Source of the DNA: Ascidiella aspersa
Taxonomy: Eukaryota
Reading direction: 5' to 3'
DNA length: 64,000 bases
Assembly: GCA_963924565.1 (NCBI GenBank)
Contig: OZ004607.1
Coordinates: forward strand, 15,128,001 to 15,192,000
The position numbers and the translations under genes were made by a program. Of this stretch, positions 13,208 to 27,300 are shown one piece after another (within the stretch, counting starts at the first letter, position 1; the number at the start of each line of letters is the position of its first letter). The notes beneath the pieces are model-generated. The model was not told the origin of the DNA. It did no database searches and saw only the letters and a list, made by a program, of their open reading frames with translations.

Positions 13208-16200
13208 GATTAGTATTAAATTAAGTTTATTTATTGCAACAAGTTGTTTAATTTCAACAAACGTTGTGCGGTATTGAGAGAAAAGTAATAAATTGTTTTC
13301 AAGTCAAAATAATCGGTTGTTTTTCCTACCGTGTTACAAACTGCAATTTGTGCAAAACCCATCCAAGTTACTGCATTACACCAAAACGAAAAACTTAGAT
13401 AACTAACAGCATATAGACAATGCAATACGTATAACTTTGAATTACAAAAACATTCGGACCAAGGTTATTTGTCGCAAATAAAAAATGCAGGCATTTGATT
13501 GTGCGAATTTAGCTCTTTGTGAGATTAAAATAAGATATCCTGCAACACATTTGAAGATGACCTTTTTAAAGTACAATACAAAATGTTAGTCAACTATTTA
13601 TTTCATTCAATTAATAGTATTTATATTTTCAAAATAATGATAAGTATGTTTGTTGCGAGAATCTGAAAAACAAAAAGATTAAGACGATTATTAAAAATAA
13701 AACCGGTAGGTGTATCGAAATTTTTCAAAATCTGATTGCGTGTTAGACAAAAACAGCTTCGCCGAAGAAAATAAAAGTACACCAAAAACTGCAAGAGTTG
13801 TTGCATTTTAAAGACAGATTGCCGAAAATATTTTTAAAAACAGAAACGTCTAAATTCCATACACGTTTAGAGTATATAACAAATACCAGGAATGGAATTG
13901 CTGTACTACATGAGAAAAACACAGCGACCGTTAGAGAGCGATAAAGAAGTCGATTAACTAATAAAAAATATCAAAGCTAATAAATGTAATATTACAAATA
14001 TTAGGCAATGCATGCTTTAGGATTAAATTTTTTTCAACTATGAGAATAGCCATTCCACTTTAAAGTGTAAATTTTAATTTTGTAAAACATGAGTGAGTAA
14101 ATATTTTGACGACGGGCTTACGGGTTTGTAGTCAAAATTACCTTTGAATATTTAAAATTTGCTTGCTTATATTGGCACTAAGGAACATCTGGAATCAATA
14201 GTTCTGCGTACAAATTTTATTTAACAATAATAATTGCAACAAATATTATTACATATCAAACTATTTATCTGCTAAGGATATAGTTTCGTTTTGAGGCAAC
14301 AAAGTTGACATACAATGTAGCTTTATACGCAGCATTTCCAGTACGGATTTATGTTTACATAAAATTTGGATGAATTTTTTTTTTATATTTCTAAAGGGAT
14401 ACAAACACTTATGCAGATGGAATAATTATATTTCATTCAAATAAACAGTCAGAAATGGACCATTGCATTTGCGACATCAAACTACAACCCTTGACCGCGA
14501 TTTTTAATGACGTTTTCCGCCATTTAATCAAAAAGCGGATTTGCTCAATATAGGACTCTCGGGCCCTGCCCAAGGTTGCCAAGCGGCAGCACGAGCCAGG
14601 CCAATTGGCATAAAATTGCTCAAGCGACGAGAGTGCAAGGGGAGCGTGTAACGCGTCGTTCATCAGATCAAACGCAGCCCGGCGGCTCTCGGCTCCGGCG
14701 TCGGGACTTGAGCAGCAAAACCAACATAAGCACGTGAGCCAAGAAGGGGCAGCAGCGGCAGCCCAACAAGCAGATGCGCCTGTTAAGAGGCCGCGCAGGG
14801 GACTGGGTGCCGCGAGCGGGACAAGTGACACGCGGCGAATCCCATCCCGATTTCATGCCGACTGTTCCGGCCCATACGGTATAACCACATCCCGGCGGGC
14901 GGCAGCAAACGGGCTTCGGAGCGGACCGTCCTCCCATGCCATGTCCTCCGCTTTAACGGTGTGGCTGATGTGGAGAATCGAGCCGCTACAGTAAAGGCAG
15001 TCGTGGACGTTTGTTCGACGCGGCTAGCCGACGCACGGTAAAAACACAACTGAAGGCATTAATCCTGTAGCGAGGTCAACCGTTTCAGACCTTTCCAAAG
15101 TAATCCATTCATTTTGTCGCTGGCATCTCAAATTTTACAGTGGGTTCTTTAGATTTTGGCCTTTTTGTGAGGAAACAGAGCAACTACCAACAATGTACTT
15201 TTAAAACAATAAATATAAATAAAAAAATATATATACTTGGATTACTCGTTTCGGGATTTCATGTAGTGACCTAAACATTGAAATGACTTGCAAGACCGTT
15301 TCTTATGTTTCCTATACGTTTTTAATGGTAAACTGATATACATTTATTGAAATTATAAGAGCGTCATAAAAAAATCAAAATTCCTGTTTAATATTTAGAA
15401 TTAATGTTTATTAAATCAACAAAATGCAACAAAAAACTGAAAACCATTTGTCTAATTTCAGAATGCATGAATAAAATCCTGGAAAGTACATTTTATGTTG
15501 TAAACGAAAAGTGAAGGATGTTAAAGATTTTGCCAAAAACAGCGTATTGACTTTGTTTTGCTCGCGCGATGTCGCAGTGATGCGTTTTGCAGGTGCGCTC
15601 TGAATCACGCGAAGTCTACCAGTATCGCTTAATCCTATAAAAAATAAGACGATAAAATCATTGGAAACGCGCTGGGCAGCAGGCACGTCATTAACGCCAA
15701 GTTGATATTCGGCCAATGAGGAATGTGAGTGGGCATCCCTGAAGGACCGGAGCGATTCCAGCGCAGGTGAGCGCTCATACTTCAGCCTTTGTTCGTTGCT
15801 TCTCGGCAAAGGGTGGTGGGGGGGTAGGTTATAAGGTGAGTTTATAGTTGCCACGCTAACGTGTCAGAAGATAAGCAGGCCGACAGGTACAAAGCGCAAC
15901 TGCCCATATGCTGTTTAACTGTTGCCATGCGAAACTTTGCACGTTATTGGTCGGCACACAAACCTGGCGTCTGTGTTGAAGCCGGGTTGAGCCTGTAGCG
16001 GTCATATAGAAGGTGGGAAGAGTCATCAAGATTTGCGGTCACGGAAATCCAATCCCGGATAACCAAAACAAACAGCGCACGGTGCTCCAAGTCCGCGTTT
16101 ACGAGTACGCAGGTGGTATTAAACCTTAATTTGTGCCCCAAAACTTTGACGTGGTAAGAAAAAATGTCGCCCTGTCGGGCCGCGCTTGGTTTGTTTTCCC

Positions 16201-18286
16201 CTCAAACAGTGCGTCGGTTAGGAAGAAACGAACTGTGTTATGACAGGTGTCAGGGCTACTTCGTCGTTTGACGAATGATTGATTACCACCAGTCACGCCT
16301 GGTTATATTTTGTCCCAAGTTTGTGCAAACTACATACGGCCGCTATATTTGCCGAATTCGGTATTTTCACATTTTTATATATACTTTGAATCATTGAAAT
16401 ATATAATCCTAATTCGCGATATACTGTAACTGATTGAGTTATTCACTGATCACTTTTGCACACCTTATTGTTCTACAAATAAGTCTTGTAAAGGTATAGG
16501 TAGGCCAATACGAACGAAGTTTCATTAACCCAAACCGATCAATATTTTTCCTTTTAAAACTGCTGCTAAATGTATGACTAACGTCCTGTCTACGGAAATA
16601 AGTAACGAAAAGTCACAACGATCAGCGCAAACTATCCAACGAACAGGTGCTGGTTAAGATTATAATCTTTACCGCATTAAAAACTCAAAATTTTTAGGGG
16701 GATAATGGGTTTATTTGGCACCTTATTGGTAATCCTTCCGGAGGCTCTAAAATGGACCACCCCTGATGTATTGACAGCTATTACGAGCTGACTGTTTCAT
16801 TTCTGTCTGTTAGTATAACACGTGGCTTCATTTATAACTGGTGGTATTTACAATTTTAACGTATTGTTTTTAAACCATATGGAATTGTTGATTTTTTATT
16901 TAATTCAATATACGGTACTTTAATAAATAATTACGAATATGTTATTTTGGGGAAAATAGGATATTATTACTCAAATCAACAGGCGCACCAGCGTAGCGCA
17001 CCACTTGCCTAGAACAGTTTGTTTAGGTTTTTATTAGCGTACTTCTTGACTTATGTTGTGTTATGTTTTTTGATACTGATGATGCTTTATAGCGAAATAT
17101 ATTAGCGAAATATAGGCCGATATATTAGTTAACTAAAATATTAAAAAATTACAATTGCAAATAACGACATAAATGTTCTATAAGCTCTGAATTCCAGTTA
17201 TTTTTATCATAACCACAATCCTTTAACACTGCGGCATTTAAATATTAGGAAAGGTAAGAAACAAGGACTATCATTTTACTGGAATGGAAACATCTAATTT
17301 GCCAAGGAAAGCTGATGCGAGTACGTGAAGCATCCGATAGCGATGCCCTTACGCGATAAATATAGTTTGGGGCTATAGATCGTTTACCATGGCTCAATCA
17401 TCGGGATGAGGTCCATGCAAGTTATTTCGTTGTGCTGTTACACCCTCATACGTTTGCATTTTTCGCCTGTGCTCTACACGGTTGCGATGTTCGACTGAAC
17501 GAAGAGGCTAATTAGAATTTCGCATCAGTAAAACAGTTGTGTGTTGCCATAACTTTTGTCAACGACAGCTTGTATAGAATATCTATCAAAGAAGCGTTTG
17601 TTCGGTAGAATTGTTTTAGTTTATCATGCCTTAATAGTTGTCGTAGTAAACATTAAAAGCACCAGGTTATACTTGTTGTTCTCTTTCAATTTGGTATTTG
17701 TAAGTTAATAACGCGTATTTAAGATAATTTCGCGCATTTTCAACAAGCTTGAAAATATACGGACATTTACATTCATATATAAAGAAAACTTAAACTTAAC
17801 ACAAGCAACATTGAATTTTCCTTTTTTTTATTCAGTTATTTATCGGCGGTTGAAATAAGACGATGTTTTACAATAGATAAACAATTTGTATTGATCGTTT
17901 TAAATTTCAAGTGAGGTGACTTTTCACAATGGTGTTTTAGAGTTAAATTCAAACTAAGTCAACACTACATAATCAGGTTAACATTTTACTGGCGATTTCG
18001 TTAAAACAATATTAAATAAAACAGATAAAATTTAAAGATACCATAGAATTTGAGTTTGGTGTCATTCACCCTGTGAAAGGCCACCTGTGTTTGACGTCGA
18101 AACGTTGAAAATGCCTGGTCGGAATTGTTAAAATAGGATATCAGAAAACGCGTAAATATTTTTTGTGTTACTATCGTTTAAAATAAATTGACAGACGAAA
18201 CGCGATGACTAGTATGTAGACGAATTCATCGACAGAGCGCGAAACAAAATGGTGCAATACCCGTGAGCAAGTCCACCAGGTAAGGA

Positions 18287-18396
18287 AGGGTGTGATAGAT
18301 AGGCGATTTCACGCCTCACACCTTGACAGCGCCGCCAAGACAATTTTGTCAGACAGGAATAGTGGTGAAAAATGAAGCAGGGTTAATGTCACACCT
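18287..18396. promoter_or_regulatory. Cluster of four T-box half-sites (candidate enhancer)
   Basis: GGTGTGA at 18289-18295, TCACGCCT at 18309-18316, TCACACCT at 18316-18323 and TCACACCT at 18389-18396. Confidence 0.5.
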
Positions 18397-21300
18397 TATG
18401 CGAAGTGTACCATGTGTTGTAGCGATCATTGGAAAAGTTTCGTAGAGTGTTAGTAATATGCTGATTTAAAGTTTAGACGAGATGAGTCGTATGAAATAGA
18501 GATGAACATTTTTCCAAACGATAAATGTCTACCATATTTAGACGACGATAGATTTTACAAAAATCGTCCTTTATTTTGTATCTTCCTTTATTTAAAATCG
18601 TTCCTTTATTATGTATCTCAAATGTCGACCAAGATAAGCTTTCTCGAAACCTTGATTTTACAACAAACTATCGTTTACAGCAGTGTAATGAAAAAGGTAT
18701 GTTGTTTTAAAAACGATTAGTTTTTTCAGATAGGCTTCTACGAAAAATTCGATGCGTATTCCACGAATTTTAAATAATTTTTGTTGACTGAAGGTATTCA
18801 ACAGTTGATGTTGCCATCATTTTAAACTTTTAGACTTTAATTGAACACACTGGTGGCGTATTGCCTATACCTGCGTTAGGAGAAAGTGAACACGCATTAC
18901 AAACTTCCCTTCATGCCCCCCTGCCTTATTCAACAAGATTTATTTACACTTGGCTTAGCTCCTCACACCACTCCGTTTATGTTTCCAACTTGTTTTCTCT
19001 AATTTTTCAAACTGGTTAATAAAACGGGGACCTCTGCTGCGGATTGCTTCGATTACAAAACCAAAATGGCTGCTGATGTGCGTAAACAGTTCGTGCGCGC
19101 TTTATTGTTTTGTTGCACCAGCGAAAGCGACTATATAGGTTTGGCTTTGATTGTGGTATAATTCGGGGCGGCTAAGATATCACGCGAATGCGCATCTATG
19201 GCGCGGCAGTAACAGGTCACTAGTTTTCACGGTTTACTTCTGTAGGGATTAAAGCTCGATCTTTTCGATAGAACGAGGGACGAAGTTTCGTGCGACCTCG
19301 CTCGCTCGCGCGAGTTTAATTAACAAAAGCTCGGATAAAGATTTCTTATTAGAACTTCAAGTTGGCGGGAGGCCTTGCATTCAAAAGACTCGGGATTTGC
19401 CCGGCGATGAATCGCGTTCTAGCGAAACGTGTCGCACTTTGTTTTGCCGATGCATTCTCGCTGTGACACGCGCGCGTTATGTCTTTATTAATTGTCTTAT
19501 TTGACATGATCCGCCTGTTAACGAAATTGGGACTCCAGTGGATTTGACTTTGATAAATTTCAGCTACACTGTCGGAGATTGGCAACATGATGAATTACAA
19601 CGCTAAAATCGTATATATATATATATATTTAATATAAATATAAAGTTAGATTTATAGCATTATTTAAATGCGTAGCGGTATGCCAAGATGTAAAGGTCGT
19701 ACAATTTATACTACAAGAAAGTAATCATATTCTCTTTTAAATGAGTATGATTTTAAGTTAATACATATTAGGGTTTTGGCCTGTAGTTAAATTTGGTATG
19801 TTGTTTCCTTAAAAAACATTTATCCATGGTTTTGAAAAATTAAGGCGTATTTCGTAGGTTTATACATTTGTATATTCGCTGCTTAAATAGATTGCTACTA
19901 AATATATATTCAAAAAAATGTTAAAATAGTGAATAAATAATTTGTGTTATAAAAGTAAAAAATTACATCGGTTGTTACTTATCGCACTGTTTGAAATGCA
20001 TAAAGTTCTTGGGGCGTTTACGACCACTCGTCAATTTACACAACGACACTGGTTTGGGATGCGGTCGTATCATTAATTAGTAAGTCGAGCGTTGTGGATT
20101 GCTCTCGTGTTGCGAGTCGGCCCAGCGGGAGAGATTAGTTTATCAAGCCTCGTTTACACATTTATGATGACTGTTACTATAATCGATGATCATTTGTCCA
20201 AAATTTATGGTATTGCTCGTGCTTAATTTTTTTAAATTGCATCATTATTTAAGGTAGAGAAATCGCAGCAGTAAAATATATTTTTCGATAATAAATAATT
20301 AGAACGGTATAATTGATATGACGATCCATCTAACAAATTCTTCGGAGAAATGTTTATTAATTTACTCGGTATTTTCTTGCCAACTATTATCAAAAATAAC
20401 ATATAAACTTATGTGACGAATTTTAAATTGGTAGTGTAATTTTTTGGAAGAAAAGTCTTACCTAGACACCGAGACCTATAACTAGAAACCGCCTAACCGC
20501 AAAAGTTTTACTGCGAAAATCTTCCAAAAAATCGTATTGAAACGCCCACTAGATTTTAAGGCCCACGACGGCAATATTACGACGCTAATACGACGGCGGT
20601 TGAACAATGAGAGGTTCGCGAGTCGGTCACTGGGGTCAGGGCAAGTTGATGGGGCGCGCACGTGGTCCATCGGCACGCAAGCGCGATCCAGGCCGACCCA
20701 GAAAGTCACAAGCCATCGCGACGGAAGCAGATTTGTCACTCGCTTTATTGCGGCTCGCGCAAGCAGCCCTTTTCGCCCCACTGGCCTTTATCGACAAGGC
20801 ACTTACGCTTGCTCCAATGGGCATCGTCCGTCCATTAACGATCCCTAGTAGGCGTTCAAGGCGCCTGAGCAAAGACAATCGATACGCAACCCGCGCTCGC
20901 CTTCCGCGCGCCCAAGCGAGTCGGAAATACGCGCCTAGTGCAGCTGCCTGTTGCTTAACGACGTCCACCTCGAGCGTTTATCGCGGCTAGAGGAAGCACG
21001 CCCGCCTCTCCCAGTGTCTCCCGCTCTCGGACCAGCGCGTCGTAATACACCGTCGCTTGGGCGCTTCTACAAACAATAAGGCCAAAGGACAATGGGGAAA
21101 TGTAGCTGACCGCCCAAATACCGCATCATTCTCGATTCGGGCACACCGGTGAGCGTCAACCGCGCGTCGCTATTATTTTGCATCACGCAGCGCCGTGCCA
21201 GGATTTGTCCATTGTGTCCTGTGTGATAGAAACCACAAACCGTCGTTTTGACACAGGTTGTGCGCTTCGAAAGGCAAATTCTTCCGTTTTAATTTGACCG

Positions 21301-24300
21301 GTTGTGTTGCAGTTCGCAGTGCGATCGATATGCCAGAGATCGAAATGAATTCGAGCAGTCATTTTATTTTAGCGCAACTAATCGCCACAATGCTTGACAA
21401 AACCGATCGCTAGCTGACGGCTCCATCAGCGGTGTTCCCACGGCTAGCCCAGCAGTTAGTCCGATTCACGTTCGAACGGAGAACAAGTGTAAAGTTTTTT
21501 GGTTAAGTAAGTTTTTGTTCTTTAATGGAGCAAATTAAATGCTCTGGGGCTGCAAGTGATTCCAATGGGCTTGTATGCAAACTTCTCGTCCCTAAATCGC
21601 CTAAAACATGTATTGAACAAAAACGGCAAAACGCAAAAATGATGGATTGTAAGATTCCCGCTGACATGAGGCGCCATGACGACTTGTCACTTCGTCAAAA
21701 ACGGGTGCGAAAGTTCAGGGGTCAGCTCGAACACGAGCGTTCGCTGTGGTTGGGTGACCAAGTGGAAAACCACCCAACAGGGCATAATTTGGGTAATGGC
21801 CCGGTGCAAATATAGCGACGCCTAAAGTGTGTATATGATTTTAGCTCCTCTGCATTGTGCGCAGCTCATACAAGCCGAACGGTTCCCCGCAGCATAATCC
21901 TTTAACTTGCTGTCCCCTTATGCTGTGTGGGCCGCGATTGAGCCCATAGTATATACAAGTTTTATGTCAGTAAAACACTACATCGCATTATAAAAGCCAT
22001 CATTTTGCTATTTTATTTTTTACTTCTACTTTAATATTTTTAGATATCGAAATTTAACCATAATAATCAAGGTTTTTGTAAAAATCAAACAAGGCAATCA
22101 AGGTTTATAAAAATGAAACTTTTTAGAATTAAATTTGTTTAACTATGAGTGCAACAGGGTTTAGGAGAGTCCACATTAAGGAGAGTTATGATATTTTACG
22201 CGGACGTTTTTGCATTATGGCCAACAGTTGTGACTTTTCCATGGGCTGTTGCGCTTCCCAACCTAAACGATTAATGCTGCTTATTTTTTATTGTTTTTAG
22301 TGACTCACCATCTTAATTTTTGTTTAATCGAAAGACAAGAGCCATCCAACTCCAACGCGAATGTAACTGACAAATCTATAAATTATTTCGAATTAAATTA
22401 AGTAAAATGCATATATTTTAATCGTTAATATATTACTTAAACAAACATGGTGCTCCACATAACAGGTATTACTGAATACTGATCCAACATAATTTTTATG
22501 CAAACTACTATATTCGGACTAATCAAAATAAACTTCTCAAACACTGACGTTTAATGGCTGGAATGACATCTTCGGTTTTCACCCCCAAGGATGGCTGCAT
22601 TTATTCAATTAAAAACAGCACAATTAAGTCAGAAACTTAATTTGATTCAACGTGTTTTATGAAAATCCGGGAAGCATTTCTGCGATATACATTCATGTAA
22701 TGGTTCTTTGGAATCACTAAATTGATTTTTCAAAAATAGGTTTTGGTAAACTTGAACTATTTGCCACCATTTATTTTATAAATTATAATTTTTATAAGCT
22801 CATAAAAGTTATTCTCGCTTTCTGTAGATAAATTGCAACTACCGGTTTGGACACCTTGAACCTAATCATTAAGTAAACTTTTGTTAAACCGTAAAAATGA
22901 ACTACTATGCCACTTGTCTAGTCATCAGATTTGATAATTGACATGTAGCAAGGAAATGAGAAAGGAGTGATCAAGATTTTTCATTCCTGCAAATATTATT
23001 TGCATTCCAGCATTAATCGAATTCTCCTTAAACCCATATCTCAAGTTGTCGAATTTGAGGCTCAGCAAACAAATATTGAGAATGGACTTTTCGCGTAGGT
23101 GAGCAACGGCTACGTCAGATTTCCTTCTCAATTCTGCCCTATGGTTATTTAGACAGCGAGAAATATGCTGCCTTTGGCTGTAATTTTCCATTGAGTGCCT
23201 TACACGCTACTAAAGCTTGACTACACAATTCAGTTTCATTTATTTGTTATTGGCCTGATTAAAAACATTGCTTTTGGTATTGGGGCAACTGCAACAACAT
23301 CAATATGGAAAAGATATCCAATGAGTGTTGTTTTTAATATTTAATGAAAAGAAGAAATTACCTATATAATACACTGTTATACGTCATTTGCCAACATTTG
23401 ATGATTAGGTGAATTTCGCCCCCGATCTTGATCCACATTAACTTTACTTTTTTCCTTACCTTTGTGATCAACCTATTGCAAATAGTTCCTTAGTTTCTTC
23501 GAAACAGAGCTTTTTGATTTACGCTGAAAACAGAGGTAAGCGTTAAAAACGGTTTATTGTATAAGACGGTTCAAAATAGGAAAAAATTTAGCCAGTGCTA
23601 AATTTTGTAAAATTTGAAGCCTATATAATATGAATGCAGGTTACGAACATGATGTTAGACCGTCAGAGTAAATTTTGTCAAGGCGGGTTTTAACGCGTGT
23701 CGCGTGACAAATTATTGCCCACAAGGCAGTTATCATACGGTAGGACAACTGTATCTTATGCTGGGATAAACGGCTTGCGACTAACTTCAAATTAGCAAGG
23801 TCTGTTTCAGTTTTTTAAAGGATGTTAAACAGTATTTCTGTGAGTTCTGTTAAGAATGCACTTGGAGTAAAGAATGTTTTTTTACAAAGAAAATAATTAA
23901 ATGTTTTTAAATTGAAGTACAGTTTTTATAAATGCAGAAAATGTGTTTACCAAAACAGAAATTTGTATGAATATTAGATACAGATAAAGTAACATACATG
24001 TATCTCATGTGTAATGAAACCAATAAAGCATTTTGGTAAGGATTGAGATATTATTGCGATTTTGAATTTGTGTCTTATATTCTTTCTTTACTCATCATAG
24101 GATATTCCCACTTTTAAAACAATATTACAATTACTTTAGTTTTGTATGGAACACGTAATCAGGTTAGCTTTTTTCAGGGTTGCGTATATTAGATGTATTT
24201 TATCGCGGTCCACGGGATATATCGACTGTTACCAGTTCCGTGCTAACGACCCTCAAAAAACATTCTAATTTTCACTGAATGATGGGCGAGCGCCATCATG

Positions 24301-27300
24301 CTGCTTCCATTCATTAAACGTTGTTCATAAACTGCCGTGAAAATCGTTAATTAATGCAACTGTGCACCTCCATTTTGTGCATGGCGGTTGCTACTTGCTG
24401 GCTACCAGTTCTCCAAAAGCCGCGTCTGCGGGATTTCTGAGCTCGACGCTCGGCCAAGTAATTTGGTCGCTGCATTTTTTGCTCTAGCAAATTTCGTTGA
24501 TCTGTCCTAAAAAATTGCATTACTGGGACTCGGATTATATTACTTACATTGCGTACAGTTTTCTTTGGATTTGAATTTTCACGTTATTTGCATACTATTC
24601 GAAAAAAGTATTTTATGTTTAAAAAACGACAACATCAATACAAACCTAAAAGTTCCATGAAACAGCTATTCTTGGCCACAAAATATCTTGCCATTGTGAT
24701 TCGGTGTAAAAGGAAAATGCAATTCGAACAGGGTTTGCATTCGGTTGTGAAAGATTTCAAGGCTGGATGCTCCACCCCGTAATTTTCGATAGGAACATTT
24801 GCTTGTTTATTATTGTAGTCTGCACGCCGATAGGTCGAACGTTGACAATGGACGTCACGGTCCAGACGCGAGATAGCCGGGTAATTAATGTCCTCCATAT
24901 TAATCAAGCCGAGAACCCAACGCAAGAAAGAGAGAGAAGGCCCACAGCCGTGCACAACAGCAGAACCCAGACACAGGAGAGAGAACCCTATACTCTAGCA
25001 GCCTACAGACCGCGGCAACGCGGCTCACAGAAATGGGAGAGGCGAACCTTTTTTCCCGGGGCTGGTCACTAGTGCAGATACGCATCTTTACATCTCAGTT
25101 AATGCACAATCACTGTCCGGAGCGGTACTCGCCCGACTCAAAGGTTAGCGTACTTTTTTGTTTTCCTTCGGGTTGTATTTTTTTTAGCTATTAAAAGATT
25201 TTACAAAGTTGTTACTAGGACAGTCAATGCGAAGAAGCAGCCTAGTCAAGAACACTTGTTGCATGAAATAAATTTTAAAACTGTTTACGAGTTTGTATTC
25301 TATATCGAATTTACAAGAGACAGAGACATTATCTAGCAATTTTATAGTACAATTTTTAGATGCGACCTGAAATACAGTCTTCTATGGTAATTGCGTTTGG
25401 TATCTTCTCGTTTGTTTCACATTTAATTGACGCCATCTATAAGTCCGTGCTGCCTACGTATCAGTCTGTTAAAGTGGGCTTGAACTTTTGGCTAAACATT
25501 TATTACGTTAATCTGTGCTTACACTACCGGCTTAAATGACCGCCGCTCTTCGGAGCCTGCAACAGTCAACAGATTAACTTGTCGCAGGCTAGTGCTCTGC
25601 GGCGGTACCTGCTGTGTCACAAAATCTTACGTTTTTAGCAATACTGAAGCCACTAAGCGTTTTGCTGGTTTGCTGATCGATATGGCGCTTTCTCGATTTG
25701 CCGGATCGTTTTGAAGAAACTTGATATGGTCGGTGTTATCTATAAGTAAGCGTGACTGATAAAAAATCAGGACCTGATACCGTAATTTTCTTATGACCAA
25801 TATACATATATTTGAACTTGTTGGCGAATTAAACAAATCCCAGTGTGCTTACGTTCTTGGAACAAAAACATCCTTGGGGAAACTTTGCTGTTAGCACACA
25901 TTGCAACAAAAAATTAACGCTTGTTAAATTTCGATAAGAACTGCGCGGTGACAGACTAATGGTTTATAGCGATTGTTATTATCCAATGAAATCTTGGTTA
26001 AATCTTAAACCAGAAATTACCCAAGAATACCTCTCACGCTGATTTTACGCGTTGTAAGTTAAAAATGAAATTTCGTCCGCCATTTTGAAGAATGCATGTC
26101 GCATTTATTTACTTTTACCTGCCTCGCTTGGGCTTCACGAATTCGGTATATACGTACTGCGATTTTTCCCCATTTTATTATACTTGGTTGGCTGGGTTGG
26201 CAAACTTATTTTATTGTTTGTCATAGCTATAAAATATGTTTACAAACCAAACTTTATGCAAACCGAATGCGTTATATTTAAAAATACGCAACTTGTGACA
26301 CGTTGCGTGCTGCAAAATCATGAAAAATTAGTAGGCAGAACGTATGTATCATAATATAGCCTTTTGTAAATACAACCGCCTGAAAACGAGATTTTGTCAA
26401 AAAGTATACTGGTTAAAACAACTAGTGCTATCTTACAGCCAATCTGTAAAAAAAATATATTTGAATCAGGTTATATTCAGCTTATTCCGAATGTTACGAC
26501 AAAAATCACAACCAGCATTTTTTGGCAGCCTTTTCATTCTAATCGCCCATATGTATTTAAACAACACCCTTAGTTAAATCAAATTCAAGATAAAATCGAA
26601 AACTATTAGTTTTACTGCCTTTTACAGGGATGTTTATGTTCTCGTAAACTTTGCGGTCTACCTGTATTTCCTAGACTGCTAGAAATATTCAATTTTAATC
26701 GAAGTTGAACACAGTAACGACATTCGCAAGAATCACAATTGAAGAATGATGCACCCAAGTACAAACTTCAGGCCTACATTCCCGCTAGAAGGTTGGTAAA
26801 ATTGTATAGATTTTATTATATTCAGACCTATTTTACAAACATAATACCATACCCCAAAATAGATAAAGAGAAGTGGGATTTTAGTTATTTAGTCGCTGCA
26901 ATCTTTAGAATACCGACGATAAACATCGTTCGATATACGCAAAATCAAGCTAAAGGCGTTTATACGACGGCTCAAATTACAAAAAAATCAGATTTAGTGC
27001 TACCGCTATCTAGGTATGGGTTCGCACGTCGAATACATCAACACTCATGGCTAAATCGACGCACTTATTCTTCGCGTTCCCAATCGGCAATTACTTTGGC
27101 GCATAATACATAATTAATGCGACCGGCCAGCGACGGGCTAAGCAGGACAAGTCGCAGTTTTGTTGTTTTCACAGTGCATTTACAATTGCACGGAATTATC
27201 GCTGGGCTGGAAATTATAGGCCCCATTACATACAAGACGTACCGCAATCGTTGCATAATACATTTTATTTTCGCACTACATATAGAAACGGTAATTGGTA

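Noticed and set aside
13886-13920. CCAGGAATGGAAT.GCT...CATGAG resembling the start of actin exon 3 (possible third-copy remnant)
   Set aside because: A 13-nt exact match is expected by chance at this search size, and the flanks do not align to actin.
14433-15854. ORFs of 86-147 aa on both strands
   Set aside because: They overlap in several frames in GC-rich DNA, with no domain similarity or exon chain; treated as spurious.
20482-20990. Four overlapping ~100-127 aa ORFs
   Set aside because: Arg/Ala-rich products typical of stop-poor CpG-rich non-coding sequence.
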